A stretch of 64,000 nucleotides of DNA from Pseudomonadota bacterium (GCA_020161695.1 JAIUOO010000003.1:168043-232042); one strand, 5' to 3'; numbered from the stretch's first letter, positions 48,715 through 60,314 are shown. The notes: a model not told the origin generated them from the sequence alone. A program made the numbers and translations.

Positions 48715-49107
48715 TCAGCGGAACATCGCGGCGTAGCGGTCGCGATAGGCCCAGACCAGCATCAGCCCGAGCACCACGAGGATGCCCGCGACCGGCAGGC
48801 CCTGCGGATTGAGGAAGGCGTGGAACAGCACGATCGTCGCCATGACCGGCGCGATCAGCGCGAGGCCGAGGGCCGGCGCGACGTTGAAGAGAAGGCTCAA
48901 CGCGCCGGCGAGGTTGATTGTCTTCAGGAACGGCCAGAAGAAGCCCGACGCCTGCAGCGCCAGCTCGAACTGCTTGCCCTTGTCCGAGGTCGGCGGATGG
49001 ATGAGGTGATTGCCGCTGAAGATGAACCAGAAGCCGTCCACCGCGCTGACGAGGAACAGGAGGCCGAGCAGCACGCGCGGCGTGTGGACGAGGATGAGAT
49101 TTTTCAT
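48715..49107 (-). CDS. Small integral membrane protein (DoxX-like, uncertain)
   Basis: Start MKNLILVHTPRVLLGLLFLVSAV. Four hydrophobic segments. Confidence 0.55.
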   Translation of the reverse strand: MKNLILVHTPRVLLGLLFLVSAVDGFWFIFSGNHLIHPPTSDKGKQFELALQASGFFWPFLKTINLAGALSLLFNVAPALGLALIAPVMATIVLFHAFLNPQGLPVAGILVVLGLMLVWAYRDRYAAMFR

Positions 49108-49192
49108 GTCGAATGCCAGTGATGAAGCCGATGGTTGGGCGGGCAGCCCGTCTCGCCGCCCGCCGTTTCCATAGGGCTCCGCGCGGGCGCCC

Positions 49193-49597
49193 TCAGTATT
49201 TCGTGGCCTCGGGCGCTGCCGCGGATTCCGCGCTCGCGCCCGTGGCATGGTCGATGAAATAGAGCCACCTGCCATCGGACTGGCGGCGCACGATTTCCGC
49301 CGAGCTTCCCGCTGCGATCAGCCGGTCGCCGTCGCTGAGGCTCCAGTCGGCTCTCAGAAGCGCGATGTCGCCGTGGACCAGGCAGAAGGCATTGGCCGAC
49401 CGCATCGTGCCCGGCGCGAGCAGCAGTTGCGACAGCGCGTCGCCGATCGCGGCCAGGCCCGCGGCGAAGCCATCGCCCGCGTCCGTTTTCAGGATCGCAT
49501 CGGGTTCGTACAGCGCCAGAAGATTGTCGATGCTGCGGCTGTTGAAGGCCCGCGCGAACATCTCGTTCATGGCGGCGGGTTTGGTGACTGCGAACAT
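49193..49597 (-). CDS. NTF2/SnoaL-like fold protein
   Basis: Start MFAVTKPAAMNEMFARAFNSRSIDNLLALYEPDAIL after AAGGAG. Typical SnoaL/DUF4440 N-terminus. Confidence 0.65.
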   Translation of the reverse strand: MFAVTKPAAMNEMFARAFNSRSIDNLLALYEPDAILKTDAGDGFAAGLAAIGDALSQLLLAPGTMRSANAFCLVHGDIALLRADWSLSDGDRLIAAGSSAEIVRRQSDGRWLYFIDHATGASAESAAAPEATKY

Positions 49598-49669
49598 GGT
49601 CGTCTCCTTGCTGAGGCGACAGGCACAGACCACATGGACTTGCTGCTATCCAAACGGGAAGGAACGCGC

Positions 49670-50032
49670 ATGCAGGCCCTGTCCGCGCTGCACCTCGTCC
49701 TGGACGAACCGGTTCCGCGTCGCCCGCCCGACTGCGCGGTCGAGGACTGGCTGGCCTTTCTCGGCCATCGCTGGAATGCGCTGGTCCTCTGGCATCTGAA
49801 GTCCGGACCGAAGCGGCACGGCCTGCTGGCGCAGCATCTGCCGGGCATCACTGCGAAAGTGCTGGCCGAGCGACTGGCGGGGCTCGAAGGGCGTGGCCTG
49901 ATCGCGCGCCGGAACCTGCGCGGCTATCCGCGCGGCGTCTCCTATGAGCTGACGGCGCGCGGGAAAAGCCTCGTCGCCGTCCTCGACCGTCTGGAACTGT
50001 GGGCACGGGAGGATGAGGCCTTGCCGCGCTGA
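49670..50032 (+). CDS. HxlR-family transcriptional regulator
   Basis: CAVEDWLAFLGHRWNALVLWHL...LAERLAGLEGRGLIARR...YELTARG. Divergent from the SnoaL-like gene. Confidence 0.85.
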   Translation: MQALSALHLVLDEPVPRRPPDCAVEDWLAFLGHRWNALVLWHLKSGPKRHGLLAQHLPGITAKVLAERLAGLEGRGLIARRNLRGYPRGVSYELTARGKSLVAVLDRLELWAREDEALPR

Positions 50033-50035
50033 GCC

Positions 50036-51067
50036 TCAGACCCAGCCCTTCAGCTCCCGCTCCACCACGGCGCGGATCACGCCCATGCCGAGATCGGTAT
50101 CGTTGAGACAGGGGATGTAGGTGAATTTCTCGCCGCCATTGCCCTCGAAAATGTGGCGGTTCTCGCCGTCGAGCTCCTCGAGCGTCTCGAGGCAGTCGGC
50201 CGAGAAGCCCGGCGCGATGATCGCCATGGACTTGACGCCCTTCCTGGCCAGCGCCTCCACGGTCTTGTCGGTATAGGGCTTGATCCACTCGTCCGGCCCG
50301 AAGCGTGACTGGAAGGTCATCATGAGCTTCTCCTCGCTCATGCCGAGCTTCTCGCGCAGCAACCGCCAGGTCTTGTGGCAGTGGCAGTAATAGGGGTCGC
50401 CGGCCTGCACGTATTTTTCCGGCACGCCGTGGAACGAGGCGAGGATCACCTCCGGCTCGTAGTCGAGGCTCGCGAGATGCTCGCGGATCTGGGTCGCCAG
50501 CGCGTCGATATAGGCTGGCTCGTCCTGATAGGGCGGCGCGATGCGGATGGTCGGCTGCCAGCGCATGCCCATCAGCGCGCGGAACAGGTGGTCGTTGGCG
50601 GTCGCCACCGTCGCCGCCGCATATTGCGGATAGAGCGAGAAGGCGAGGATGCGGTCGCAGCCCTGATCGAGCAGGCGCTTGACCGCCGGCTTGATGGCGG
50701 GATTGCCATAGCGCATGGCCCAGTCGACGACGATGTCGCCACTTATCCCCTTCATCGCCTCGGCCAGCTTCTCGGCCTGGTTGCGGGTGATGGTCTTGAG
50801 GAAGCTCTCGTCCTTCTCGCGGTTCCAGATCGTCGCGTAATCCTTGCCCTTCTTCTGCGGACGGCGCTGCAGGATGATCAGGTTGAGCAGCGGCCACCAG
50901 ATCGCGCGCGGCGTCTCGATGACGCGGCGGTCGGACAGGAATTCCTTGAGGTAGCGGCGCATCGACCAGTAGTCGGTGCCGTCGGGCGTGCCGAGGTTCA
51001 TCAGCAGAATGCCGACCTTGCCGGATTTCACCGGGACGTGGCCGGGGGGGAGCCTCATCTCTCGCAT
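50036..51067 (-). CDS. hemH: Ferrochelatase
   Basis: GILLMNLGTPDGTDYWSMRRYLKEFLSDRRVIE and FSLYPQYAAAT. Confidence 0.93.
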   Translation of the reverse strand: MREMRLPPGHVPVKSGKVGILLMNLGTPDGTDYWSMRRYLKEFLSDRRVIETPRAIWWPLLNLIILQRRPQKKGKDYATIWNREKDESFLKTITRNQAEKLAEAMKGISGDIVVDWAMRYGNPAIKPAVKRLLDQGCDRILAFSLYPQYAAATVATANDHLFRALMGMRWQPTIRIAPPYQDEPAYIDALATQIREHLASLDYEPEVILASFHGVPEKYVQAGDPYYCHCHKTWRLLREKLGMSEEKLMMTFQSRFGPDEWIKPYTDKTVEALARKGVKSMAIIAPGFSADCLETLEELDGENRHIFEGNGGEKFTYIPCLNDTDLGMGVIRAVVERELKGWV

Positions 51068-51164
51068 CGTTCACTCGCGATCCGTCTTTGCCGCGGGTGA
51101 TACGCCTGAACTGGAACGTTTGGAAGGTGATAGACCGCCGCGGCCGGGCCGGATTTGCTCTGGA

Positions 51165-52061
51165 TCAGGCGCGCGCCCTGAGAGCGGCCGCCGCCACCAG
51201 GGCGAGGCCGGCGGTCGCGCCGATCGTGCCGGCGGCGTTCAGCGCCAGCGGCGAGCCGAACAGGCCGGGGCCGGCCACCGCCGCGACATAACCGACCAGC
51301 ACCGAGCCGAGCGCGATGACCGCCGAGAGCGCGAATTGCTGCGACAGCCGTGTCGTGAGCAGGCGCGCGGTCGCCGGCGGGCAGACGATCATCGCCACGG
51401 CAAGGACGACGCCGACCGACTTGAACGCCGCCGTGCAGGCAAGCGCCGTGGCGGTGAGCAGCGCCGCCTCCAGCAGCCCGACCGGCAGTCCCGTGGCCCG
51501 CGCGAAGACCGGGTCGAAGGCGAGCAGCGCCAGTTCCTTGCGGAACGCGAACAGGATGGCCGAGACGAGCACCAGGACCAGCGCCAGTTCGGTGACCACC
51601 TGCGGCAGGGTGGCGAGCTTCTGGAACAGCGACAGGTTCTCGCCGCCATCGCCGGTCACCCAGATCAGCCCTTCGAGATAGCCGGTGACGACGTGGTGGA
51701 TGTCGAAGCCGGTATGCGAGAGCCCGGTCCATTCCAGCATCAGGATGCCGAAGGCGAAGAACGAGGTGAAGACGATGCCGAGCGCCGCGCCCGGCTCGAC
51801 CCGCCCGACGCGAGTGAGGAAGGCGACGAGCCCGCTTGCCGCGAAGGCCGCGACAAGGCCGCCGGCCAGCACGACGACGCTGCCGGTCAGCCCGGTCAGC
51901 GCCACCGCGACGACCACGCCCGGCACGACCGAATGGCTGAGCGCATCCGCGGCCATGGCGCGGCGGGTGAGGATGAGGAGATTGCCGACCAGCGCGCAGG
52001 CGAGCGCGGCGAGGCTCGCGGCGGTGAGCGGCACGAAATCGACGGTCCAGAACTCGGCCAT
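51165..52061 (-). CDS. Metal (Mn/Fe, SitD/MntD-type) ABC transporter permease
   Basis: Start MAEFWTVDFVPLTAASLAALACALVGN overlaps the upstream stop (ATGA). ABC-3-family-like. Confidence 0.85.
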   Translation of the reverse strand: MAEFWTVDFVPLTAASLAALACALVGNLLILTRRAMAADALSHSVVPGVVVAVALTGLTGSVVVLAGGLVAAFAASGLVAFLTRVGRVEPGAALGIVFTSFFAFGILMLEWTGLSHTGFDIHHVVTGYLEGLIWVTGDGGENLSLFQKLATLPQVVTELALVLVLVSAILFAFRKELALLAFDPVFARATGLPVGLLEAALLTATALACTAAFKSVGVVLAVAMIVCPPATARLLTTRLSQQFALSAVIALGSVLVGYVAAVAGPGLFGSPLALNAAGTIGATAGLALVAAAALRARA

Positions 52062-52957
52062 CACGCGCGCCCCGCCACGAGGCCGCGCGCGCGGCCGAAC
52101 AGGAGGCTCATCGTGAAGATCGCCGCCGCCACGAGAACGATGGCCGGCCCGGTCGGCGTATCCGAGAGAACCGCCGAGAGCGCCGCGCCGGAGAAGGCGG
52201 AGACAGCGCCGATCGCAGCCGCGATGCTGACGACGATTCCCGCCCGGTCCGACCAGAAGCGCGCTGCCGCGGGCGGTATCACCACCAGCGCGACGGCCAG
52301 CACGAAGCCGGCGATCGGCAGGGCCGCGACCACGACCACCGCGCAGACCAGCGCCACCAGCGCGTCGAGCCGCGCCACGGGAAGACCCGCGGTCAGCGCG
52401 AAATCGGGATCGAAGGCGACGGCCGAAAGTTCCTTCAGCACCGCGCCGATCACCAGCAGCACCAGCGCGGCGAGCGCCGCCATGGCATAGGCCTCGCCCG
52501 GCAGCATGCCGGCGGCCGAGCCGAACAGCAGCGTTTCCAGGCCGGCCTGCCGGCCGACCGTCAGCGTCTGCACCAGCGACATCAGCGCGAGCCCGAGGCC
52601 GAAGCCGCAGGCGAGCACCGCCGCCGTCGCCGTGTCGGGCCCGACCTTCGGCCGGCGCCCCAGCCACTCGATGGCGGCCAGCGACAGGAAGGCGGCGATC
52701 GCCGCGCCGCCCATCAGCCAGCCGGCCTCGCGCGGCTGCCGTCCGATCAGGGCGGCGACGAGGAAGGCGCCCGCGATGCCGGGCAGGGTCGCATGGGCGA
52801 CGGCATCGGAGACGAGCGTGCGTCCGCGCAGCATCGCGAAAGTGCCGGCGGCGCCCGCCGCGCAGCCGAGCGCGGCCGAGCCCAGCATCACCACCGAGGT
52901 GTTGAAGCCGGCATCGAAGGTAAGCACGCGCAGCAGATCGGCGAGAAATCGGTCCAT
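52061..52957 (-). CDS. Metal (Mn/Fe, SitC/MntC-type) ABC transporter permease
   Basis: MDRFLADLLRVLTFDAGFNTSVVMLGSAALG...DAVAHATLPG. ABC-3 family. Confidence 0.87.
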   Translation of the reverse strand: MDRFLADLLRVLTFDAGFNTSVVMLGSAALGCAAGAAGTFAMLRGRTLVSDAVAHATLPGIAGAFLVAALIGRQPREAGWLMGGAAIAAFLSLAAIEWLGRRPKVGPDTATAAVLACGFGLGLALMSLVQTLTVGRQAGLETLLFGSAAGMLPGEAYAMAALAALVLLVIGAVLKELSAVAFDPDFALTAGLPVARLDALVALVCAVVVVAALPIAGFVLAVALVVIPPAAARFWSDRAGIVVSIAAAIGAVSAFSGAALSAVLSDTPTGPAIVLVAAAIFTMSLLFGRARGLVAGRA

Positions 52958-52975
52958 GATCAGAACGCCATGGCC

Positions 52976-53749
<774 letters not shown>

Positions 53750-53753
53750 TCCA

Positions 53754-54722
53754 TCAGCCGGTATGGGCCAGTCGGCCCGACATGCCCTTTTCGGGGGCAT
53801 TGCCGCCGAGCGCCCGCGCGATGGCCGTGACATTGTGGTCGATCATGCCGACATAGGTGCCCTCGTAGCTGCCGGGCTTGCCCATGGCGTCGGAGAACAG
53901 CTCGGCGCCGATCTTCACCTGATGGCCGCGCCGGGCCGCGCCCTCGATGACCGCGCGGATGTTGCGGTCGGAGACGGAACTCTCGACGAAGACGGCGGGA
54001 ATCTTGCGCGACACCACCAGCTCGACCGTCGCCTCGATGGCCTTGAGGCCGGCTTCGCTCTCGGTGGAAATGCCCTGGATGCCGTGTACTTCGAGATTGT
54101 GGGCGCGCGCCATGTAGTTGAAGGCGTCGTGCGCGGTCACCAGCACGCGCCGCTCGGCCGGCACGCTCGACAGCACCTCGCCGGCATAGACGCCGAGCGC
54201 CTCCACCTTGGCCAGCGTCGGCTCCAGATCGGGCGTCACCTTGCGCCGGTTGGGCACGTTGACCCCGACCAGCGCGAGCGCGACCGAGCGGACCACCACG
54301 GCCCACAGTTTCGGGTCCATCCAGACATGCGGGTCGGGCTTGTCCGGCACCTCGTCGTCCTTCAGCAGTTGCTCCTTCGGGATCGCCTCGGCGGCGAGCA
54401 CCGCCGGCCGGCGGCGCGCCAGCTGCGTGAACGTCTCGCGGAACTGCGCTTCGAGATTGAGCCCGTGGGCGATGACGAGATCGGCCTGGGTCATCTTCAC
54501 GATGTCGGCGCGGGTCGGGCGGTAGAGGTGCGGATCGACGCCCTCGCCCATCAGCGCCTCGACGCGCACCTGCGCGCCCGCGAGCATCCTCACGGTATCC
54601 GCCAGCATGGAGGTGGTCGCGACGATATTGAGCGTCTGTGCGCCCTGCGCGAACACCGGTGCCGGCAGCGCCGCCGCGGCGGCTGCGCCGAGAACCATTC
54701 GACGGGTCGGACCTTGGCTCAT
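53754..54722 (-). CDS. Metal ABC transporter substrate-binding protein (SitA/MntA/TroA-type)
   Basis: Start MSQGPTRRMVLGAAAAAALPAPVFAQG. Contains DPHLYRP and DPHVWMDP metal-site motifs. Confidence 0.88.
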   Translation of the reverse strand: MSQGPTRRMVLGAAAAAALPAPVFAQGAQTLNIVATTSMLADTVRMLAGAQVRVEALMGEGVDPHLYRPTRADIVKMTQADLVIAHGLNLEAQFRETFTQLARRRPAVLAAEAIPKEQLLKDDEVPDKPDPHVWMDPKLWAVVVRSVALALVGVNVPNRRKVTPDLEPTLAKVEALGVYAGEVLSSVPAERRVLVTAHDAFNYMARAHNLEVHGIQGISTESEAGLKAIEATVELVVSRKIPAVFVESSVSDRNIRAVIEGAARRGHQVKIGAELFSDAMGKPGSYEGTYVGMIDHNVTAIARALGGNAPEKGMSGRLAHTG

Positions 54723-54755
54723 CGGGCGTGTTTCCCAGTCTCTGCTGAAACGCTG

Positions 54756-54772
54756 TTGCAAGTCATTTGCAA
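54756..54772 (-). promoter_or_regulatory. Mur/Fur-type operator candidate upstream of the metal ABC operon
   Basis: TTGCAAgtcatTTGCAA contains the inverted repeat TGCAA-N5-TTGCA, 34-50 nt upstream of the substrate-binding-protein start codon. Confidence 0.5.
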
Positions 54773-54991
54773 TAACGTGAAGCCAGTCCGCCGTCCTGTC
54801 AAGCGGCCTGTGGCATCGCGGCGCAGCCGGCCCGGAAACAGGCCCGCGCCCCGTGCGTCACGGCCGCGCAATCTCCATCTGTTGACCTGAGCCTGCCGCA
54901 TCGTGCCTGCCCGTCGGGCCGGCCCGCACCCGCGCGTCATTGAGCCCCGGCTCCGGCCGGACTAGGCTCGCCGTCTCACCGGAGAGACTTC

Positions 54992-55975
54992 ATGTTCCCG
55001 TTCATCGGCAGCGACATCGCCCTCATCGGCCTCGTGATCCTCGTCATCCTGTTCCTGTTCGCCGGCATCAAGACCGTGCCGCAGGGCTATCAGTGGACCG
55101 TCGAGCGGTTCGGCCGCTACGTCCGCACGCTGCCGCCCGGCCTGTCGCTGATCGTCCCCTTCATCGACCGGATCGGCCACAAGGTGAACGTCATGGAGCA
55201 GATGCTCGACGTGCCGAGCCAGGAGGTCATCACCAAGGACAACGCCAAGGTGACGGTCGACGGCGTGGTGTTCTTCCAGGTGCTCGATCCCGCCCGCGCC
55301 TCCTACGAGATCACGCGGCTGGACCAGTCGCTGATGAACCTCGCCATGACCAACATCCGTACCGTCATGGGCTCGATGGACCTCGACGCGCTGCTGTCCA
55401 ACCGCGACCAGATCAACGAGAGCCTGCTGCGTGTCGTCGACCACGCGGCATCGCCGTGGGGGGTCAAGGTCAACCGCATCGAGATCAAGGACATCGCGCC
55501 GCCCAACGACCTCGTCGCCGCCATGGCGCGCCAGATGAAGGCCGAGCGTGAGAAGCGCGCGGTGATCCTCGAGGCCGAAGGCCAGCGTCAGTCGGAAATC
55601 CTCAAGGCCGAGGGCGAGAAGCAGTCGCAGATTCTCGAAGCCGAGGGCCGCAAGGAGGCCGCCTTCCGCGATGCCGAGGCGCGCGAGCGGCAGGCGCAGG
55701 CGGAAGCCAAGGCGACCGAGATGCTGTCCGTGGCCGTGGCCGGCGGCAACGCGCTGTCGATCAACTATTTCGTCGCCGAGAAATACCTGAAGGCGCTGGA
55801 GGCGCTGGCCCGCTCGCCGAACCAGAAGACCCTGATCCTGCCCGTCGAGACGACGCAGATTCTCGGCTCGCTCTCCGGCATCGGCGAGATCGCCAAGCAG
55901 GCCTTCGGCAGCGATGCGGCGCCGCCGGCCCGGCCTGTCGGCCGGGGCGGCAGCGTTCCGACTTCGGGAGGCTGA
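54992..55975 (+). CDS. SPFH/Band-7 (stomatin-like) membrane protein
   Basis: N-terminal TM segment, then VPQGYQWTVERFGRY...TKDNAKVTVDGVVFFQV and a coiled-coil AEGQRQSEILKAEGEKQ region. Confidence 0.9.
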   Translation: MFPFIGSDIALIGLVILVILFLFAGIKTVPQGYQWTVERFGRYVRTLPPGLSLIVPFIDRIGHKVNVMEQMLDVPSQEVITKDNAKVTVDGVVFFQVLDPARASYEITRLDQSLMNLAMTNIRTVMGSMDLDALLSNRDQINESLLRVVDHAASPWGVKVNRIEIKDIAPPNDLVAAMARQMKAEREKRAVILEAEGQRQSEILKAEGEKQSQILEAEGRKEAAFRDAEARERQAQAEAKATEMLSVAVAGGNALSINYFVAEKYLKALEALARSPNQKTLILPVETTQILGSLSGIGEIAKQAFGSDAAPPARPVGRGGSVPTSGG

Positions 55976-55976
55976 C

Positions 55977-56426
55977 ATGATCGTCGCAACCATCGCCTCG
56001 TGGGGCGCATGGGCCTGGATCGCGCTGGCGGCGGCGCTGATGGCCGCCGAGATCCTGGCGCCCGGCTATTTCCTGATCTGGCTCGGCCTCGCCGCCGCGC
56101 TCACCGGCGTCATCTTCCTGATGGTCGATGCCGTCTGGCAGGTCCAGCTCGCGGTCTTCGCCGCCTTCTCGCTGATCAGCCTCTACGGCTGGTTCAAGGT
56201 CATGAAGGCCAGCAACGGCTCGGCCAGCGACCGTCCCGATCTCAACCGTCGCCCGGAGGCGATGATCGGCCGCGAATTCGTGCTCGACGAGCCGATCCAG
56301 GCCGGGCGTGGACGCATCCGCGTTGCGGACTCGGTCTGGGCCGTCTCCGGTCCGGACCTGTCGTCCGGCACGCGCGTCAGGGTTCGCGGCCTCGACGGCG
56401 CGACGCTGGTGGTCGAGGCCGCGTAA
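55977..56426 (+). CDS. NfeD-family membrane protein
   Basis: Starts 1 nt after the SPFH stop. TM segments followed by an OB-like C-terminus (GRGRIRVADSVWAVSG). Confidence 0.85.
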   Translation: MIVATIASWGAWAWIALAAALMAAEILAPGYFLIWLGLAAALTGVIFLMVDAVWQVQLAVFAAFSLISLYGWFKVMKASNGSASDRPDLNRRPEAMIGREFVLDEPIQAGRGRIRVADSVWAVSGPDLSSGTRVRVRGLDGATLVVEAA

Positions 56427-56465
56427 GAGTTTTCGAGACTGGAGACGAGCGGCTTCGGCAACTCA

Positions 56466-56587
56466 CGTCGTCATGCCCGGCCTTGTGCCGGGCATCCGCG
56501 CATTGCTTTCAAACGTCGTGTTCAAGTCGTGGATGGCCGGCATAGCCTCGGCGTCCGGCCGAAGACCGCCTAAGCCCGGCCATAACG
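56466..56587 (+). repeat. MITE/REP-like composite repeat, copy A (~122 bp)
   Basis: Begins CGTCGTCATGCCCGGCCTTGTGCCGGGCATCC and ends GCCCGGCCATAACG. It aligns along its length with the reverse complement of 62459-62595, for example TCAAGTCGtGGATGGCCGGCAtAGCCTCGGCG. Confidence 0.8.
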
Positions 56588-56621
56588 GCAGCGGGCGCGC
56601 CTTGAGTTCAATGGCCCGATT

Positions 56622-57587
56622 TCACGCCTTCGGCGGCCACGGCGTCTCGGCGACGGGCGTCAGCGGCCCCTTGCCGTCCGCCCATGAAACCAGGTTATCG
56701 ACCACCAGCTGGGCCATGCCGTTGCGGGTGTGGACCGAGGCCGAGCCGACATGCGGGAACAGCACGACGTGATCCATGGCGATCAGCTCGGCCGGCACTT
56801 TCGGCTCGTCCTCGAACACGTCGAGGCCGGCTGAGAGAATGGTCTTGGCCTTCAGCGCCTCGATCAGCGCCGCCTCGTCGATCACCGTGCCGCGGCCGAC
56901 ATTGATGACGACGCCGTCGGCGCCGAGCGCCTCCAGCACTTGCCTGTTGACGATCTTGTTGGTCGAGGCCCCGCCGGGCGCGACGATCATCAGCACGTTG
57001 ACGTCCTTCGCCATCTCCACCAGCGAGGGGTAGTAGCGGTAGGACACGTCCTTCTGCTCACTGCGGCCGTGATAGACCACCGGCAGCCCGAAGGCCTCCA
57101 GCCGCTTGGCGATGGCCTTGCCGATCCGGCCGAGGCCGAGGATGCCGACCTTGCGGTCGCGCAGCGTGGTGGTCAGCGGATAGGGCTTCTCCAGCCACTT
57201 GCCGGCGCGCAGGTAGCGGTCGGTCTGCGGAAACTGGCGCATGGTGCAGAGCAGGAGGCCGAGAGCGGTGTCGGCCACCTCCTCGTTCAGCACGTCGGGC
57301 GTGTTGGTGACGACGATGCCGTTCTGGCCGGCCCACGCCGCGTCGACATGATCATAGCCGACGCCGAAGCTCGACACGATCTTGAGCCCCGGAAAGCGGC
57401 CCATCAGCGCGGGGTCGCAGGGCACGTGGCTGCCCGAGGCGACGGCGACGACGCTCGGCGCGAGCTGCCGCAGGAAGGCTTCCTTGTCGGCGGCCTCCCA
57501 CAGCTTGTGAACCGTGAAGCGCTGGGCGAGCTGCTCCTGGATCATCGCCATCATCGGCCCGGTCATCAGCAGGTCCGGCTTCACCAT
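56622..57587 (-). CDS. D-isomer-specific 2-hydroxyacid dehydrogenase (glyoxylate/hydroxypyruvate reductase-like)
   Basis: GILGLGRIGKAIAKRL NAD-binding fold, plus VNVGRG and FPHVGSAS motifs. Confidence 0.88.
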   Translation of the reverse strand: MVKPDLLMTGPMMAMIQEQLAQRFTVHKLWEAADKEAFLRQLAPSVVAVASGSHVPCDPALMGRFPGLKIVSSFGVGYDHVDAAWAGQNGIVVTNTPDVLNEEVADTALGLLLCTMRQFPQTDRYLRAGKWLEKPYPLTTTLRDRKVGILGLGRIGKAIAKRLEAFGLPVVYHGRSEQKDVSYRYYPSLVEMAKDVNVLMIVAPGGASTNKIVNRQVLEALGADGVVINVGRGTVIDEAALIEALKAKTILSAGLDVFEDEPKVPAELIAMDHVVLFPHVGSASVHTRNGMAQLVVDNLVSWADGKGPLTPVAETPWPPKA

Positions 57588-57829
57588 CTGTCGCTCCCCT
57601 CGCGTTCCGCGGTCTGCGCCACCCCAAAACATCGGGAATCGGGCAAACTTCAAACGATTAAATTTCTAAGCCGCCAAGCCCGAACGAGGCTTGATTTCGA
57701 TTTTTCGCGTGGCCACACTGCCAGCGTCAAAGCGCGCCAGCCGTGTCCGGGCACACCGGATCGGATCGCAGAGCCCGGGTCAAGGGCCACTGGCGGGTTT
57801 CGGGTCTGCGGGCCCACGGGAGGATCAGC

Positions 57830-58894
<1,065 letters not shown>

Positions 58895-58997
58895 CCGCCG
58901 GCCGCGCAATCATAAACCGCGGGACGAAACCCGCCCTATCCATTCCGGCAAGGTCCGCACGAGACGGGCTCCGGCGTCCATCGGGAGGAAACCGACC

Positions 58998-60314
58998 ATG
59001 ACTTCGATCACCCGCCGCTCGCTCGTCAAGAGCGCCGCCGCCGCCGGCGCCATTGCCGGCTCCGGCCTCACCGACTGGGCCCGCGCCTGGGCGCAGGCCT
59101 CGCCGTTCCGCCCCGAACAGGGCGCGCAGATCAGCCTCCTGCGCTGGCGGCGTTTCGTCGAGGCCGAGGACGCCCAGTTCAACAAGATGGTCGCCGCCTT
59201 CACCCAGGCGACCGGCGTGCGCGTCAACGTGTCGAGCGAGAGCTTCGACGACGTCCAGCCGAAGGCCTCCGTCGCCGCCAATACCGGCACCGGCCCGGAC
59301 CTCATCTGGTCGCTCTATTCGGTGCCGCACCTCTTTCCCCAGAAGTGCCTCGATGTCAGCGATGTCGCCGACTATCTCGGCAAGAAGTATGGCGGCTGGG
59401 TGCCGCTCGCCGAGGCCTACGGCAAGACCGGCGGCAAGTGGATCTCGATCCCCGTCGCGGTCAATGGCGGCTACATCAACTACCGCATCTCCATGCTCAA
59501 GGCGGCCGGCTTCAACGAGGTTCCGGCCGACACCAAGGGCTTCCTCGAAATGGCCAAGGCGCTCAAGGCCAAGGGCACGCCGGTCGGCTTCCCGCTCGGC
59601 CGCGCCACCGGCGACGGCAATGCCTTCGCCCACTGGCTGCTCTGGTCGCACGGCGCGGCCCAGGTCGACGAGCAGGAAAAGATCACCATCAACTCGCCGG
59701 AGACCCGCGCGGCGCTGACCTATGCCAAGCAGCTCTACGAAACATTCATCCCGGGCACGGCGGCGTGGAACGACTCCAACAACAACCGCGCCTTCCTCTC
59801 GGGTGAAATCTCGCTGACCGCCAACGGCATCTCGATCTATGCCGCTGCGAAAATCTCGCAGGACGCCAAGCAGCGCGAGATCGCGGCCGACATGGATCAC
59901 GCCTTCTGGCCGACCGGCCCGCTCGGCAGGCCGGCGGAGATCCAGCTCGCCTTCCCGATGTTCGGCATGACCTATTCGCGCTACCCGAACGCCTGCAAGG
60001 CCTTCATGGCCTTCATCCTGGAAGCCGAGCAGTACAACCCGTGGCTGGAGGCGGCCGAGGGCTACCTCACGCACATGCTGAACGCCTACGATTCCAATCC
60101 GGTCTGGACCCGCGATCCGAAGGCCCGCGTGTTCCGTGAATCGGCGAAGCGTTCCTTCCCGGCCGGCTACAAGGGACCGATCAACGAGAAGGCCGCGACC
60201 GCCATCGCCGACTTCATCGTGGTCGATCTGTTCGCCAACCACTGCACCGGCAAGGAAGACGTGGAAGGCGCGATCCGGCTGGCCGAGCGTCAGCTCCGCC
60301 GCATCTATCGCTGA
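58998..60314 (+). CDS. ABC transporter substrate-binding protein (family 1, sugar-type)
   Basis: ATG after GGGAGGA. Tat signal MTSITRRSLVKSAAAAGAIAGSG. Confidence 0.85.
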   Translation: MTSITRRSLVKSAAAAGAIAGSGLTDWARAWAQASPFRPEQGAQISLLRWRRFVEAEDAQFNKMVAAFTQATGVRVNVSSESFDDVQPKASVAANTGTGPDLIWSLYSVPHLFPQKCLDVSDVADYLGKKYGGWVPLAEAYGKTGGKWISIPVAVNGGYINYRISMLKAAGFNEVPADTKGFLEMAKALKAKGTPVGFPLGRATGDGNAFAHWLLWSHGAAQVDEQEKITINSPETRAALTYAKQLYETFIPGTAAWNDSNNNRAFLSGEISLTANGISIYAAAKISQDAKQREIAADMDHAFWPTGPLGRPAEIQLAFPMFGMTYSRYPNACKAFMAFILEAEQYNPWLEAAEGYLTHMLNAYDSNPVWTRDPKARVFRESAKRSFPAGYKGPINEKAATAIADFIVVDLFANHCTGKEDVEGAIRLAERQLRRIYR

